This document shows positions 51,116-61,464 of a stretch of DNA of 64,000 nt, piece after piece. Every line of letters starts with the position of its first letter. Position 1 is the first letter of the stretch. The notes under the pieces are model-generated. The model had not been told where the DNA came from. It did no database searches and was given only the letters and a program-made list of their open reading frames with translations. The stretch is from Bacteriovoracaceae bacterium (GTDB lineage Bacteria > Bdellovibrionota > Bacteriovoracia > Bacteriovoracales > Bacteriovoracaceae), in contig OZ244226.1 in assembly GCA_965217035.1 (NCBI GenBank), positions 558,001 to 622,000 on the forward strand, in the 5' to 3' direction. A program made the translations under genes and the position numbers.

Positions 51116-51844
51116 AAGACTTAAAAGAAAGCTTCCAAAAAAATCATCATCAACATCTTTAGTGCTAAGCAATCCACAACCATCAATCTTTTTTGGATAA
51201 AGGTAAGTCATTGCTGTTGCATCGTCTCGTCCTAGGGCAAAACGGACAGGAGTTGGGGTGAAGTACATAAGATTTTCAGGTCTTACCGTATGCCCAATTC
51301 CAATTCCATGACCAATCTCATGAGCAATCACTGCAACTTGCTCGGCATAGGAAAGGCTTGAGAAGGGAGTACTCGCTGTACTGTTAATAAGAATGACAGT
51401 CCCTTTTATATTATTCCCGCCTACATTATTTGATAAAGCCATGGCATAAGTGCTTGCAGGAGTTGTGAAGTTATCAGCAGTATTTGAATTACAAGAGATA
51501 ACGATATGAGGAACACGAGGAATAATCGTGCTGTCATCAGGGCAAGTTCCATCAGTGTCAGCATTGCAAAGTCTTGCCGTATTGAAATTATTATCAGTGG
51601 TTGAATATTCCCCACCATTTACTAATTTCAAACGACTTGAAGTCACTGTATTCCAATAATCATCAATCGCTGGTCCAATCATTCCAATAATTTCGTCTTT
51701 TGTAACTCCAGCATTCGTACAATCAGTGTTAGAAGCAACTGTCACTCTCACTGTGTCTTCAGAAAAGAAAGCTCCTGAATTTGTGGTAAAGGTTCCAGCG
51801 AATACCTTGGATAATATAAAAAAATTAATCAACAATAACTTCAC
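51023..51844 (-). CDS. Matrixin-like (M10) zinc metalloprotease with C-terminal anchor
   Basis: HEIGHGIGIGH, Met-turn LMY, GCG plus TM tail; probable GTG start at 51844. Confidence 0.8.
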   Translation of the reverse strand: MKLLLINFFILSKVFAGTFTTNSGAFFSEDTVRVTVASNTDCTNAGVTKDEIIGMIGPAIDDYWNTVTSSRLKLVNGGEYSTTDNNFNTARLCNADTDGTCPDDSTIIPRVPHIVISCNSNTADNFTTPASTYAMALSNNVGGNNIKGTVILINSTASTPFSSLSYAEQVAVIAHEIGHGIGIGHTVRPENLMYFTPTPVRFALGRDDATAMTYLYPKKIDGCGLLSTKDVDDDFFGSFLLSLLFFLGFGIILKKLFFKFKESIFEDRLSRSS

Positions 51845-52784
51845 TGGCCACCTCAGACTTCTTTGAGAAATCGAAAATATATTTAACATATAATCCATGA
51901 ATAAAATCGCGTTTTTCGGAATCAAAGGCAGAAGTGATAGAAGTTCTCCAAGAGATTGCAAACTTATCAATCCAATACTCAAGTCCAAGATCTAAAGTAT
52001 TCAAAATGGATGTTCTTGCACCTGAGACAACGAAAAACTCACCCTGTCCTCCTCCCAAATCAACTCTCCCACTCTTATTACCTTTAATTGTAGTAAACAA
52101 AGTCGTCGTTCCTAATTTACCCCAAAGATTTTCTCGAAGTTTATAAGCAGCCTCAACCCCTAAGCTATAACGAAACTGAGTAAAAAAACCGTCCTCACTT
52201 TCTTCTGGCAAAGTAAGTCCTAGAAAAGGGATAAAACTCCAACCTTTCACTTCACCAAACTCAATTCCAACTTCAAGCGCGGTACTAATGTTTTCATTCT
52301 CCTGCTTTTCATCTGCAGAAGTCTGAAAACTGCCTGGAAAGTATTGTATAAAACCAAGACCAATACTAACGGCCCTCCATTTTGCTTCGGTTTCAAAGAG
52401 AGATTTTTTGCTATCATCAAAGAGAAAACTATAAAATGGTTTGGGATCAGATTTTGGAGCGGCGATCTCAACTTCTTCTACTTTTATTTTTTCGGGAGGA
52501 AGTGGCTCCTCTTTTATTTCAACAACTTCCTCAGTATTTCTCTTTAAAGTTTCTTCAAGTTCTCTATTGGTCTTTTCAATTTGTTCTTTCCGAACCTTAT
52601 CTGAACTTTTTGTTTCAGGCGTCTCTACAATGACCTCTTCTGGTGGAAGCGATTCTCTCGCTTTCCCCTCAACATCAAGCGCTTCATATTCTATTTTTTT
52701 GTCTTGTCCATAAGAACTATTTACAAATGTAAGAGCGATCAAAGCTTGAAAAAAAATTAATTGAAAGATAATCGATCTACCCAT
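51825..52784 (-). CDS. Exported protein with acidic linker and probable beta-barrel
   Basis: Signal peptide, E/K/P-rich segment, amphipathic strands. Confidence 0.6.
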   Translation of the reverse strand: MGRSIIFQLIFFQALIALTFVNSSYGQDKKIEYEALDVEGKARESLPPEEVIVETPETKSSDKVRKEQIEKTNRELEETLKRNTEEVVEIKEEPLPPEKIKVEEVEIAAPKSDPKPFYSFLFDDSKKSLFETEAKWRAVSIGLGFIQYFPGSFQTSADEKQENENISTALEVGIEFGEVKGWSFIPFLGLTLPEESEDGFFTQFRYSLGVEAAYKLRENLWGKLGTTTLFTTIKGNKSGRVDLGGGQGEFFVVSGARTSILNTLDLGLEYWIDKFAISWRTSITSAFDSEKRDFIHGLYVKYIFDFSKKSEVASEVIVD

Positions 52785-52865
52785 TTTCCTAGTTTAAAAA
52801 ATAGTTTATCCTTTTGCCAAAAGACTTTTGAGAGTCATTGTTGACCATTTCACTTTGGAGTATCC

Positions 52866-53990
52866 ATGTTTGAAAAGCTTGAAGTTGCAGACTATTTGAT
52901 CCCTTCTGACCCGCGGTTTGGAAGTGGTCCCTCGCTTGTCCCTACTAAGCATCTGAAACGACTTGCTGAAACAGGTGACACTCTGCTCGGAACAAGTCAT
53001 AGGAAGCCCCGAGTTAAAAACCTCGTCAAAGAACTTCAAGAGGGTCTTCGTTCTTATTTCAACCTTCCTTCTGATTATGAAGTCATTTTAGGAAATGGAG
53101 GAGCCACATTCTCCTGGGACATGATTGGTCTTGGATTAACTAATAAAAGCTCTTATCACAATGTCTGCGGAGAATTCTCTTCAAAATGGTTTAAGGCCCA
53201 TGACAATATTCCCTGGATCGAAGCAACATTAAATGAAGTTGGATATGGAGAAGGAATTAACCCTGAATTTGTTGAGGGCCATGACCTTATTGCTCTTACT
53301 CTTAATGAGACCTCTACCGGTGTTCAAATGACAACAATCCCCGAAATACCGAATAGCAGCGACTCTCTCCTTTCAATGGATGCGACCTCTGGTGCCGGAC
53401 AAATTAAAGTCGATATCAGCAAAATTGATTACTATTATTTTTCTCCACAAAAAGTTTTTGCAGCAGAAGGAGGTCTTTATGTAGGCTTTCTTTCTCCAAA
53501 AGCAAAAGAGAGAGCTTTAAAACTTCGAGAAGATAGGAGTCGCTTTGTTCCAGTTATTATGGACTGGAAATTAGCAATCGATAACTCTATAAAAAACCAA
53601 ACCTATAATACTCCATCTCTTTCTAATATTTTCCTACTCAATGAGCAGGTAAAGCTCATGAACGAGCTTGGAGAAAACAAAGTTTGTGAAATGGCCGAAG
53701 CAAAGGCACAGCATATTTATGGCTGGGCCTCTGAAAAACCTTACCTTGAATGCTATATTACAGAACACGATTTTCGTTCTCGAGCAGTCGCGACAATAAA
53801 CGTTGATGAAAAAATACCAGTTGGAGATTTAACTGGAAGATTGAGGAAGCTAGGGATTGTTGTTGATATCGATGCCTATAGAAAGCTTGGAAAGAATCAG
53901 TTTAGAATCTCGCTTTTTCACAATATAACCTTAGAAAATCTTCAAAAATTAACAGAACTTTTATCAACAGCAATAGAGAGCGAGCTTTAA
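52866..53990 (+). CDS. serC: Phosphoserine aminotransferase (actinobacterial-like subtype)
   Basis: DPRFGSGPS, GTSHR, NGGAT..WD, NETSTG, DATSGAG, FSPQK (PLP Lys), QTYNTP, YRKLGKNQ. Confidence 0.88.
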   Translation: MFEKLEVADYLIPSDPRFGSGPSLVPTKHLKRLAETGDTLLGTSHRKPRVKNLVKELQEGLRSYFNLPSDYEVILGNGGATFSWDMIGLGLTNKSSYHNVCGEFSSKWFKAHDNIPWIEATLNEVGYGEGINPEFVEGHDLIALTLNETSTGVQMTTIPEIPNSSDSLLSMDATSGAGQIKVDISKIDYYYFSPQKVFAAEGGLYVGFLSPKAKERALKLREDRSRFVPVIMDWKLAIDNSIKNQTYNTPSLSNIFLLNEQVKLMNELGENKVCEMAEAKAQHIYGWASEKPYLECYITEHDFRSRAVATINVDEKIPVGDLTGRLRKLGIVVDIDAYRKLGKNQFRISLFHNITLENLQKLTELLSTAIESEL

Positions 53991-54808
53991 AGTATATGTT
54001 CTAAAACTTTTCGAATAAGAGAGTCATCTTTTAATTCATAGCGATAAATAAGGTCTATATCAACCTTCATTAAGTGACGGTTATAATACTTTTTTAAAGA
54101 ATAAGTTTTTGCAATATTTTCAGGTAAGATTCCAAGTCCTCCACTCGAAGCAATTATTTCTGCAATAATGTCATAATTCTCAATGGGAATAAAACGTTTT
54201 ACTTTGGAAGCTTTTTTTACTTGGCTTAAATGAGCCAGAATTTTAATCATTTCAGGGTTATAGAATATAACATCATGAGTTTTATTCTTTTGAGATTCAA
54301 AGATATAACTTTTCTCAGAAATTATTTTTTTAATAATAAAGTCTGGATGCTCCGAAGCATTAACTGCAACACCAAAACTTAAGCTTCCCTCTGCCACTCT
54401 TTTATTAACTTCTGAAGAATTACAAAAATGGATATCAAGATTTAAGTTTTCATTCTCTTGTAAAATATTCAAATAAAACCGAGGTAAGATAAAATGTGCA
54501 AGAACTGGAGGAATACCGCAATGATAACGCCCTTGAATACTTCCTTTATCTTTTAATGAAGAAAATCGAGACTCCACAATTCCCTGAGTATGATCATGGA
54601 TACTGTCGAATAAACTTTGACCTGCAGGAGTTAAGGATACCCCTTTTTTACTTCTAAAGAATAATTTAGCCCCAGCTTCACTTTCTAGTTTTTTTATCAC
54701 CTTACTCAAATAAGGTTGACCTATATCAAGATAATCTGCAGCACGCGTAAGGCTACTCATCTTGGCAACTTGAAAAAATAATAAAATTTCCTTTCTGATG
54801 ATCTCCAT
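53987..54808 (-). CDS. LysR-family transcriptional regulator
   Basis: SLTRAADYLDIGQPYLSKVIKKLE...LFFRSKKGVSLTPAG. Confidence 0.92.
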   Translation of the reverse strand: MEIIRKEILLFFQVAKMSSLTRAADYLDIGQPYLSKVIKKLESEAGAKLFFRSKKGVSLTPAGQSLFDSIHDHTQGIVESRFSSLKDKGSIQGRYHCGIPPVLAHFILPRFYLNILQENENLNLDIHFCNSSEVNKRVAEGSLSFGVAVNASEHPDFIIKKIISEKSYIFESQKNKTHDVIFYNPEMIKILAHLSQVKKASKVKRFIPIENYDIIAEIIASSGGLGILPENIAKTYSLKKYYNRHLMKVDIDLIYRYELKDDSLIRKVLEHIL

Positions 54809-54909
54809 TAAGCATTCCTTTTTGGAATAATAAATATCATTAACATTCTATACAAGAAATTAAAAGAGATTGTTATTTTAATCGTCGAACTAGTAAAAAA
54901 AGGGGAAAC

Positions 54910-55476
54910 TTGTCGTCTACAACTGTTCATGCGATTCTTCTTGGTATAGGAGCAGGTCTTATCCCTTCTCCTCATACCTACTTTTGCTACGAAGCTTATA
55001 GAAGAAAGAAAAAAATGTTTATCCAAGCAATCATTCTTGGGCTAATCATAGATCTTTTAATCTATATTTCGTTTGCTCAAGATTTCCTAAAATACATCCC
55101 TCTCATTCCCCTTTTTGTACTAGGAAGTCTTTTCTTTTTCAGGAACTCTCAAAAAATTATAAAGCATTACCGCGAACCAGATCCAGAGATTAACTTCTCA
55201 TTATGGGAAGCTATTAAATCTCACCTTTTTAATCCAAACCCTTATTTATTCTGGTTGTTTATCGGGAGGGCCTACCTCCAAAATGATGACCATGGAAAGT
55301 TTTTTATTTTCTTTATACTTTCAATGCTCGTCTTTAAAATAATTCACATTTCTCTTTTAATTCTTTTTGAAAAGAAATACAGTTTCACCTTTTTTAAAGT
55401 GAGAAACTTTTTAATAAGCTCTATTTATTCTTTTTATGGACTTCAAATGCTCTTTAAGGCTTATAATCATCTTTAG
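54910..55476 (+). CDS. LysE-family translocator
   Basis: GLIPSP, NPNPYLFW motifs; hydrophobic; divergent from the LysR gene. Confidence 0.65.
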   Translation: MSSTTVHAILLGIGAGLIPSPHTYFCYEAYRRKKKMFIQAIILGLIIDLLIYISFAQDFLKYIPLIPLFVLGSLFFFRNSQKIIKHYREPDPEINFSLWEAIKSHLFNPNPYLFWLFIGRAYLQNDDHGKFFIFFILSMLVFKIIHISLLILFEKKYSFTFFKVRNFLISSIYSFYGLQMLFKAYNHL

Positions 55477-57194
55477 AAAATTCGTTTTCTTTTCAAGCAT
55501 TCAGATTGATACCATTTATAATATTTAAGCTCATCAGGAGTCATCATAGATTCATCAACCAGAGTCTCTTCTGCTCCAATAAAGACAAGTGTCCTAAAAC
55601 GTAAGTACCCATTTAGCTTCGGATGCTTCTCAACAATGGCGATATTTTCATGACGGATTCCATACTTTTCTTCAAAATAAAGACCTGGCTCAATTGAAAC
55701 AAGTTGTCCTTCCTTCATGGAAATATTACTTACCGACGAAAGTCTTACTCCTCCTTCATGAACATGGACACCTACTCCGTGACCAAGACCATGAAGAAAG
55801 TCTAAACCTTCCTTATGAAGAACTTGCCGGCAAAGCATATCAAGAGCATTCCCTTTAGTTCCTGTCGGAAAAACGGCATTTTCAGTTTGTATCTGAGATC
55901 GAAGAACTAAAGTATAGTGCTTTTTATAGTCATCAAAAAGATCATGCCCTGTTGCACTTGAGTCAGCTAAGAATGTTCTTGTCGTATCTGTAGCAAGTCC
56001 TGTTTCGAAATATCCACCAGAGTCTAATAAAACAAGGTCTTCTTTTGTGATGATTCGATCGGCTTTAGGATCTCCATAATGAACAATCGCCCCATTCTCA
56101 CCAGCGCCACTTATCGTATTAAAGCTTTGTCCAAGAGCTCCATTCGCTTTATAAAACTCAGATGTTTTATTATAAAGGTCAAACTCTGAAACTTTATCCC
56201 CAATAGAATTCTTGCACCATTGAATCGTTTCAAAGATGGCCTGGCTTCCTTTTTCAAAAATCCTTTCATATTCAGGAATCTCAACAGAAGTTTTTAAACA
56301 CTTAATCCAATTAAGTCCTTCATTTTCATTCAAATCGACAGGAAGTGTTTTTAAAGTTTCATAATCAAACAACGTTGAAAAATTTTTATCAAAGTGAAGG
56401 TTTTTAATTCCAAGATTTGTAATCAAGTTGGAAATTGATGCTTTATAACTGTCTTTGTACTGATGGACTTCAATTAATTGGTCAGAAGCCTGGTATTGAA
56501 TAACATCTTGAGAGAAAAGATAGATCTTATCTTTCGTCACTAAAGCTTTAGCGAGAAAAGAACTTAAGAATGGTAAATGATACCCTCTCATATTCGTAAT
56601 CCACGCAATATCATCGATCGCAGAGAGAAAATAAGCCTCTCCCTTTTTAAGCGGGCAACGGCTCAATCGCGCTTGAACATTTTGTCCGATTAAACCTTCA
56701 TCGGCTTTTACCACTGGTGGAAATTGAGTCTGTTGTTGAAAATTAATTTCTTTTAAGACATTTGTTTCACTAAAAGAGATAGGTTGAAAGTTTTCGTTTA
56801 AATGAGAAAGGAAACTATAAGGAGTTCGTTCTGGGATATAGCCAAGTTTTTCAACACCACTGTCTTGGGCCTTGTTAATAACCGCCTGGAATATGCGAAT
56901 GTTTCCCTCAAGTTTTTCGATAATGACATTGCTGCTTTCAACTTCCTGGTCGGCCTGGATGTGATAACGCCCATCAACAAAAAGGTGAATTTTTCCTGTA
57001 TCTAATAAAAGAGTGTCAGCTGTCGAGCCTGTAAAACCAGTTAGGTAGTAACGAAGATTATTCCAAAGTGGGACATATTCGCTAATATTGTGGTCAAAAC
57101 TCGGAATATAAAGCGCTGGAAGTTTTTTGGTCTTTAAAACCTTGGTTAAAGCTTCTAGATTAGCGTTAACTTGGTCTTTCGTTAGATTAAGCAT
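55473..57194 (-). CDS. Aminopeptidase P (M24B)
   Basis: SEYV...TGFTGS, DGRY, AIVHY, DSGG..TDTTRT, HGLGHGVG..VHEG, EPGLY, RHEN. Confidence 0.92.
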   Translation of the reverse strand: MLNLTKDQVNANLEALTKVLKTKKLPALYIPSFDHNISEYVPLWNNLRYYLTGFTGSTADTLLLDTGKIHLFVDGRYHIQADQEVESSNVIIEKLEGNIRIFQAVINKAQDSGVEKLGYIPERTPYSFLSHLNENFQPISFSETNVLKEINFQQQTQFPPVVKADEGLIGQNVQARLSRCPLKKGEAYFLSAIDDIAWITNMRGYHLPFLSSFLAKALVTKDKIYLFSQDVIQYQASDQLIEVHQYKDSYKASISNLITNLGIKNLHFDKNFSTLFDYETLKTLPVDLNENEGLNWIKCLKTSVEIPEYERIFEKGSQAIFETIQWCKNSIGDKVSEFDLYNKTSEFYKANGALGQSFNTISGAGENGAIVHYGDPKADRIITKEDLVLLDSGGYFETGLATDTTRTFLADSSATGHDLFDDYKKHYTLVLRSQIQTENAVFPTGTKGNALDMLCRQVLHKEGLDFLHGLGHGVGVHVHEGGVRLSSVSNISMKEGQLVSIEPGLYFEEKYGIRHENIAIVEKHPKLNGYLRFRTLVFIGAEETLVDESMMTPDELKYYKWYQSECLKRKRIF

Positions 57195-57258
57195 AGATCT
57201 TTCCTTATGAATACCTCTCGGTTATTGTAACGACATTCTATCATAATTTAGGAAAGCT

Positions 57259-58341
57259 ATGAATGACTCAAAACTCCATTATGCTGATTATTTAGCGCTT
57301 GATAAAATTCTCGAATCTCAACAACTTGAAAGCTCTAAAAAGGGTGAAATGGCCCATGATGAGATGCTATTTATTATCATCCATCAGGTTTATGAGCTTT
57401 GGTTTAAGCAAATTCTATTTGAAATATCTTCTGTAAAACAACTCTTTGTCGATTATGTTGATGACAAAGATCTGGGAACAATTAATGCTCGCCTTGAGCG
57501 AGTCATCAAGATTCTTAATGTTCTCGTTAATCAAATTTCTATTATTGAAACGATGACCCCTCAAGCTTTTCTCGAATTTCGAGACCTTCTAGTTCCAGCA
57601 TCCGGTTTTCAAAGTTTACAATTCCGATTGCTAGAAACTCATTTAGGCTTAACATGGAAGGAAAGAGGCCAAGCAGAACAAAAGTTTTTTAATTCAAGAC
57701 TTAAAGACGATGAAAAAGAAATCCTCGAAAAAACTCTCGCAGAAAAAAGCTTAAGAACTCTTGTTGATGAATGGCTCTATCGAATGAGTACACTCAGTCT
57801 TGGACTTTCTGGCTTTTGGAAAAAATTTCAAAAGCATCTCGAAGAGAACTTTGAAAGAGACAAGCAATCGATTCTCACCAATAAAACACTTGGAGAAATG
57901 GAGAAAGGTTTCGAATTAAAGAACCTCGAGGGAACAAAAGAATCTTTTGAAGCTCTATTTGATAATAAAAAATACCAAACCTTACTTGATGAAGGTCATG
58001 TCTACTTTGGAAGAGAATCCATGAAAGCAGCTCTTTTTATCAATCTTTATCAAGAGTACCCATTACTTCATCTCCCTTTTAAACTTATGCAAAATCTCGT
58101 TGAGATTGATAAACTCATTACTCAATGGCGCTATGGTCACGCTTTAATGGCGAAAAGAATGCTAGGGACTAAGATTGGAACAGGGGGCTCCTCGGGCCAT
58201 GAATACCTTCGTAAAACCGCTGAAAAACATACGCTTTTTAGAGACTTAATCCAAATAAGTTCTTTCTTATTACCGAAGTCTCAAATTCCTAAACTTCCTG
58301 AAGAAGCTGAGAAAAATTTGAACTACCACTTTAGAGCTTGA
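57259..58341 (+). CDS. kynA: Tryptophan 2,3-dioxygenase (long form)
   Basis: HDEMLFIIIHQVYELWFKQ, ASGFQSLQFR, GTGGSSG. Confidence 0.93.
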   Translation: MNDSKLHYADYLALDKILESQQLESSKKGEMAHDEMLFIIIHQVYELWFKQILFEISSVKQLFVDYVDDKDLGTINARLERVIKILNVLVNQISIIETMTPQAFLEFRDLLVPASGFQSLQFRLLETHLGLTWKERGQAEQKFFNSRLKDDEKEILEKTLAEKSLRTLVDEWLYRMSTLSLGLSGFWKKFQKHLEENFERDKQSILTNKTLGEMEKGFELKNLEGTKESFEALFDNKKYQTLLDEGHVYFGRESMKAALFINLYQEYPLLHLPFKLMQNLVEIDKLITQWRYGHALMAKRMLGTKIGTGGSSGHEYLRKTAEKHTLFRDLIQISSFLLPKSQIPKLPEEAEKNLNYHFRA

Positions 58342-59509
58342 GAAGTTTTTTAAAATACTCTCCTCTGTGTTCAAAATTATTAAACTGATCAAAGGAAGGA
58401 AAACCTGGGCTTAAAAGAACATAATCGCCTGGAGTCGTTTTGATATTCACAACAATATCATCAAGTGTTTCGTATCTTTCAGCATTCGGTAAAACATCTT
58501 TCAGAAAAAAAGCTGATTCACCGTAAAGCCATATACTCTTAACCTGAGCATACTTTGCAAGCTCAGCATAACCTGACACATCATGCTCTCTGAGTTTCCC
58601 ACCAATGATTAAAACAACATTTTGATCAAAACTTTTTACAGCAGTTAAAGTCGATTCTAAATTTGTACTTTTAGAATCATTATAGATCTGAACACCTTTT
58701 TTCTGTCCACAATATTCTAACCGATGAGGAACTCCAGGGAAGCTATCAATAATTTCCTGGAACCCTTCTTCATAATGAATCGCTTCTAAAACTTTATAGC
58801 AAAAATAGAAATTCTTTTTATTATGATCTCCTCGAACCTTCATGTTTTGAAAATTAAAATTTGAAACAAACTCCCTATAATCTTCATCATCAAAATTAAA
58901 GTGGAATTCGGGTTCATTTTTATAGATATTCTTTTTAGCGGCAGCATATTCTTCTATATTCCGATAACGTTCCATATGATTTTCTGAAACATTCAAAATA
59001 GCCGAAACTTCAGGTTTAAAATCACGAATCGTCTCTAATTGAAAACTTGAGACTTCGATAACTGCATATTCTGCATCTTTATACTTCTCATCGAGCAGAA
59101 TTTTGGCATAAGGAGTCCCTATATTTCCTCCTAGAAAGTGCTTCGTTTTAAAATGGGAGAGAGCATGGGAGATCATGTTCACAGTTGTCGACTTCCCATT
59201 ACTTCCGGTAATCGCAAGTACAGGAACATTGGAATAACGCCAAACCCATTCGATATCACCCATAACTGGGATTTTAGCCTCTTCAAAATAATCCCAGGCT
59301 GGATGAGTCCATGGAACGCCAGGGGACTTTATGACTGCCTTGATATCAAGTTCTTTGTAGGGAATTGTTTCTTCTGTGAAATCATAACCAGACTTCTTAT
59401 CTATAGTTAAAACCTCAATTCTCTGGGACTTGAGAAGCTCTAGCATAGACTGACCGGTGACCCCTATTCCCCAAAGGAGTACTTTTTCTTTTGGTAATTC
59501 GCTACTCAT
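58331..59509 (-). CDS. murD: UDP-N-acetylmuramoyl-L-alanine--D-glutamate ligase
   Basis: KSPG, ITGSNGKST, GGNIG, EVSSFQ, HRLE, NDSKSTN, SFDQF..RG; probable start ATG 59509. Confidence 0.93.
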   Translation of the reverse strand: MSSELPKEKVLLWGIGVTGQSMLELLKSQRIEVLTIDKKSGYDFTEETIPYKELDIKAVIKSPGVPWTHPAWDYFEEAKIPVMGDIEWVWRYSNVPVLAITGSNGKSTTVNMISHALSHFKTKHFLGGNIGTPYAKILLDEKYKDAEYAVIEVSSFQLETIRDFKPEVSAILNVSENHMERYRNIEEYAAAKKNIYKNEPEFHFNFDDEDYREFVSNFNFQNMKVRGDHNKKNFYFCYKVLEAIHYEEGFQEIIDSFPGVPHRLEYCGQKKGVQIYNDSKSTNLESTLTAVKSFDQNVVLIIGGKLREHDVSGYAELAKYAQVKSIWLYGESAFFLKDVLPNAERYETLDDIVVNIKTTPGDYVLLSPGFPSFDQFNNFEHRGEYFKKLLKL

Positions 59510-59527
59510 AATTATATGATCGCGAAG

Positions 59528-60649
59528 ATGATTGATCTTGTCCAAAGATATGAAAAGATTTTGAGTTTTTTAAGTCCCTACCGGGAGCTGTGGCAGGGAG
59601 AAATTCTCAATGAATTTCCTCGAATTTATGCTCCTGAAATAGAAGATTGGGCGAAAAACTTCGAGGAGCTTAGCTCAAAAGAAAAAGCGGAGCGGCTTTC
59701 TTTTTATTCTCCTCTCAATGATGAAAAACATAAGAAACTTATCTCAGAAATAAAGCAGCTCATAGAGCTTCCTTCCCTCGAGATAAAGCCATCAAAAGTT
59801 ATTCATAAGGTCACTCAAAAAAAAGGTCATGAAATTTCTCAAATTGAGTCATTTTACCAAGATAAAAAACTTGCTCGAATCTATGACTTTGCAGGTGGGG
59901 TCGGCCATACATCAGAATACCTCGAGAAAAACTTAAATATTCAATGTACTTGTCTTGATCTTGATTCGAGACTTATTGAAACAGGTCAAACAAGAGCTGA
60001 TAAAGTCGAGTTCAAAGTTTTTGAAATAAAAAAAGACATGAAATTAGAACTAAACCTCCCCGCTGATTTACTGGGACTTCACTGTTGTGGAGATCTTTCT
60101 CAAAATTTAATCGATTATTTCTCGGAGTCAAAAGCAAGCTCTCTTTTAAATCTAGGGTGCTGTTATCATAAGATTGAGTCTCATCAAGATTTTTCTCATC
60201 AAGCTCGTTATCTCGCAACTCGGTCTCATGGAGTTATTTCAGAGAGTCAAATAAAAGAAAGGGAACAGTTTAAAACTTACCGCTATAGTTTCGAGTTATT
60301 TTTGAAAGAGTTCTACCACACTCCTTCTGTTGCAACTCTAAAAAGTTCATTACCAGAACTTTACCAGGGAAGCTTTGAAAAATACGCTCTAGAACAGCTA
60401 GAACGTCTCAATCTTAAGCCCATCGAATACTCAAAGATAAAAAGTTTTTTCGAAGACCTAGAAACTCAAAAACAAGTCAAGAGACTTATTAACCTTGGAC
60501 ATGTTCGGGCCCCATTTGGAAGAACAATTGAAATTGCTCTGATTTTAAAAAGGGCCATTGAATTAAGAAAAAAAGGGTATCAAGTTGAGGTTTTTGAACT
60601 CTTTAATCGAGCTCTCTCTCCGAGAAATATTGCAATTTATGCTTTCTAA
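59528..60649 (+). CDS. SAM-dependent methyltransferase (Methyltransf_32-like)
   Basis: KKGHEI, DFAGGVGH, GLHCCGDL, GCCYH, LSPRN. Start is 59516 or 59528. Confidence 0.8.
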   Translation: MIDLVQRYEKILSFLSPYRELWQGEILNEFPRIYAPEIEDWAKNFEELSSKEKAERLSFYSPLNDEKHKKLISEIKQLIELPSLEIKPSKVIHKVTQKKGHEISQIESFYQDKKLARIYDFAGGVGHTSEYLEKNLNIQCTCLDLDSRLIETGQTRADKVEFKVFEIKKDMKLELNLPADLLGLHCCGDLSQNLIDYFSESKASSLLNLGCCYHKIESHQDFSHQARYLATRSHGVISESQIKEREQFKTYRYSFELFLKEFYHTPSVATLKSSLPELYQGSFEKYALEQLERLNLKPIEYSKIKSFFEDLETQKQVKRLINLGHVRAPFGRTIEIALILKRAIELRKKGYQVEVFELFNRALSPRNIAIYAF

Positions 60650-61428
60650 GATAAATGAAAGACGTCTCTCATTTCTTTATTAAGTAAGAGCATTTTTCTA
60701 TCGATGTCAGGATGATTGATATCTCTCTCTTCCATTAAATATCTTTCTGCACCAAATTCCTTAACCATTAACTTGGTTTGCCAAATATTCTCACGCCCAA
60801 TATTAAGATCTGATTTAAATTTATAGTCCGCTAAAACTTCAGGTTCTATAAAGTCTTGAATAGAATTGAAATAATGATCGAGATAAATCTTTTTACCGTC
60901 TTCGCAACGAGTGAAACCTCTTACAACATAATCAATAAAAACGACATCACATTCAAAGGATTCAAAAAGATAGTTAATCGCCTTCAGAGGAATAATCTCT
61001 CCACAAGTAGCAATATCAATATCCACTCGAAAGCTGCAAATTCCTTCAGGATCACTGGCGTCAGGATAAGTATGAGCTGTAATATGAGATTTATCCAAGT
61101 GACAATTGACTTGCGGAGTTTGAATTGCAGAATGCTGCCATTTTCCCTCCCCTGTAATATCACTCATAAGAACCATCGATGAAGCCCCTACCGGATCATA
61201 ATCTTGTTTTGAAATATTAAGGATATTAGCGTCGATGATTCGACAAATCTCTTCGCTAATTTTTACAATCTTATCAGCACTGTATTTTTCATCAATATAT
61301 TCAATGTAATTCTCACGCTGCTCTCTATTCATGGTGATGCAAAAGTCATAAAGGTTAAAACTTAAAACCTTTGTGAGATTATTAAAGCCTGAAAGTTTCA
61401 GCTTATCTTGAGAGTTGTATTGATTCAT
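60646..61428 (-). CDS. speD: S-adenosylmethionine decarboxylase proenzyme (E. coli type)
   Basis: GFNNLTK, QDYDPVGAS, HLDKSHITAHTYP, TCG. Confidence 0.93.
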   Translation of the reverse strand: MNQYNSQDKLKLSGFNNLTKVLSFNLYDFCITMNREQRENYIEYIDEKYSADKIVKISEEICRIIDANILNISKQDYDPVGASSMVLMSDITGEGKWQHSAIQTPQVNCHLDKSHITAHTYPDASDPEGICSFRVDIDIATCGEIIPLKAINYLFESFECDVVFIDYVVRGFTRCEDGKKIYLDHYFNSIQDFIEPEVLADYKFKSDLNIGRENIWQTKLMVKEFGAERYLMEERDINHPDIDRKMLLLNKEMRDVFHLS

Positions 61429-61464
61429 GGGCGGATCCTAATAGAAATTCTACAAGAAATCAAT

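Noticed and set aside
59516..61428. Functional link between the methyltransferase and speD
   Set aside because: The genes are convergent; shared use of SAM alone is not evidence.
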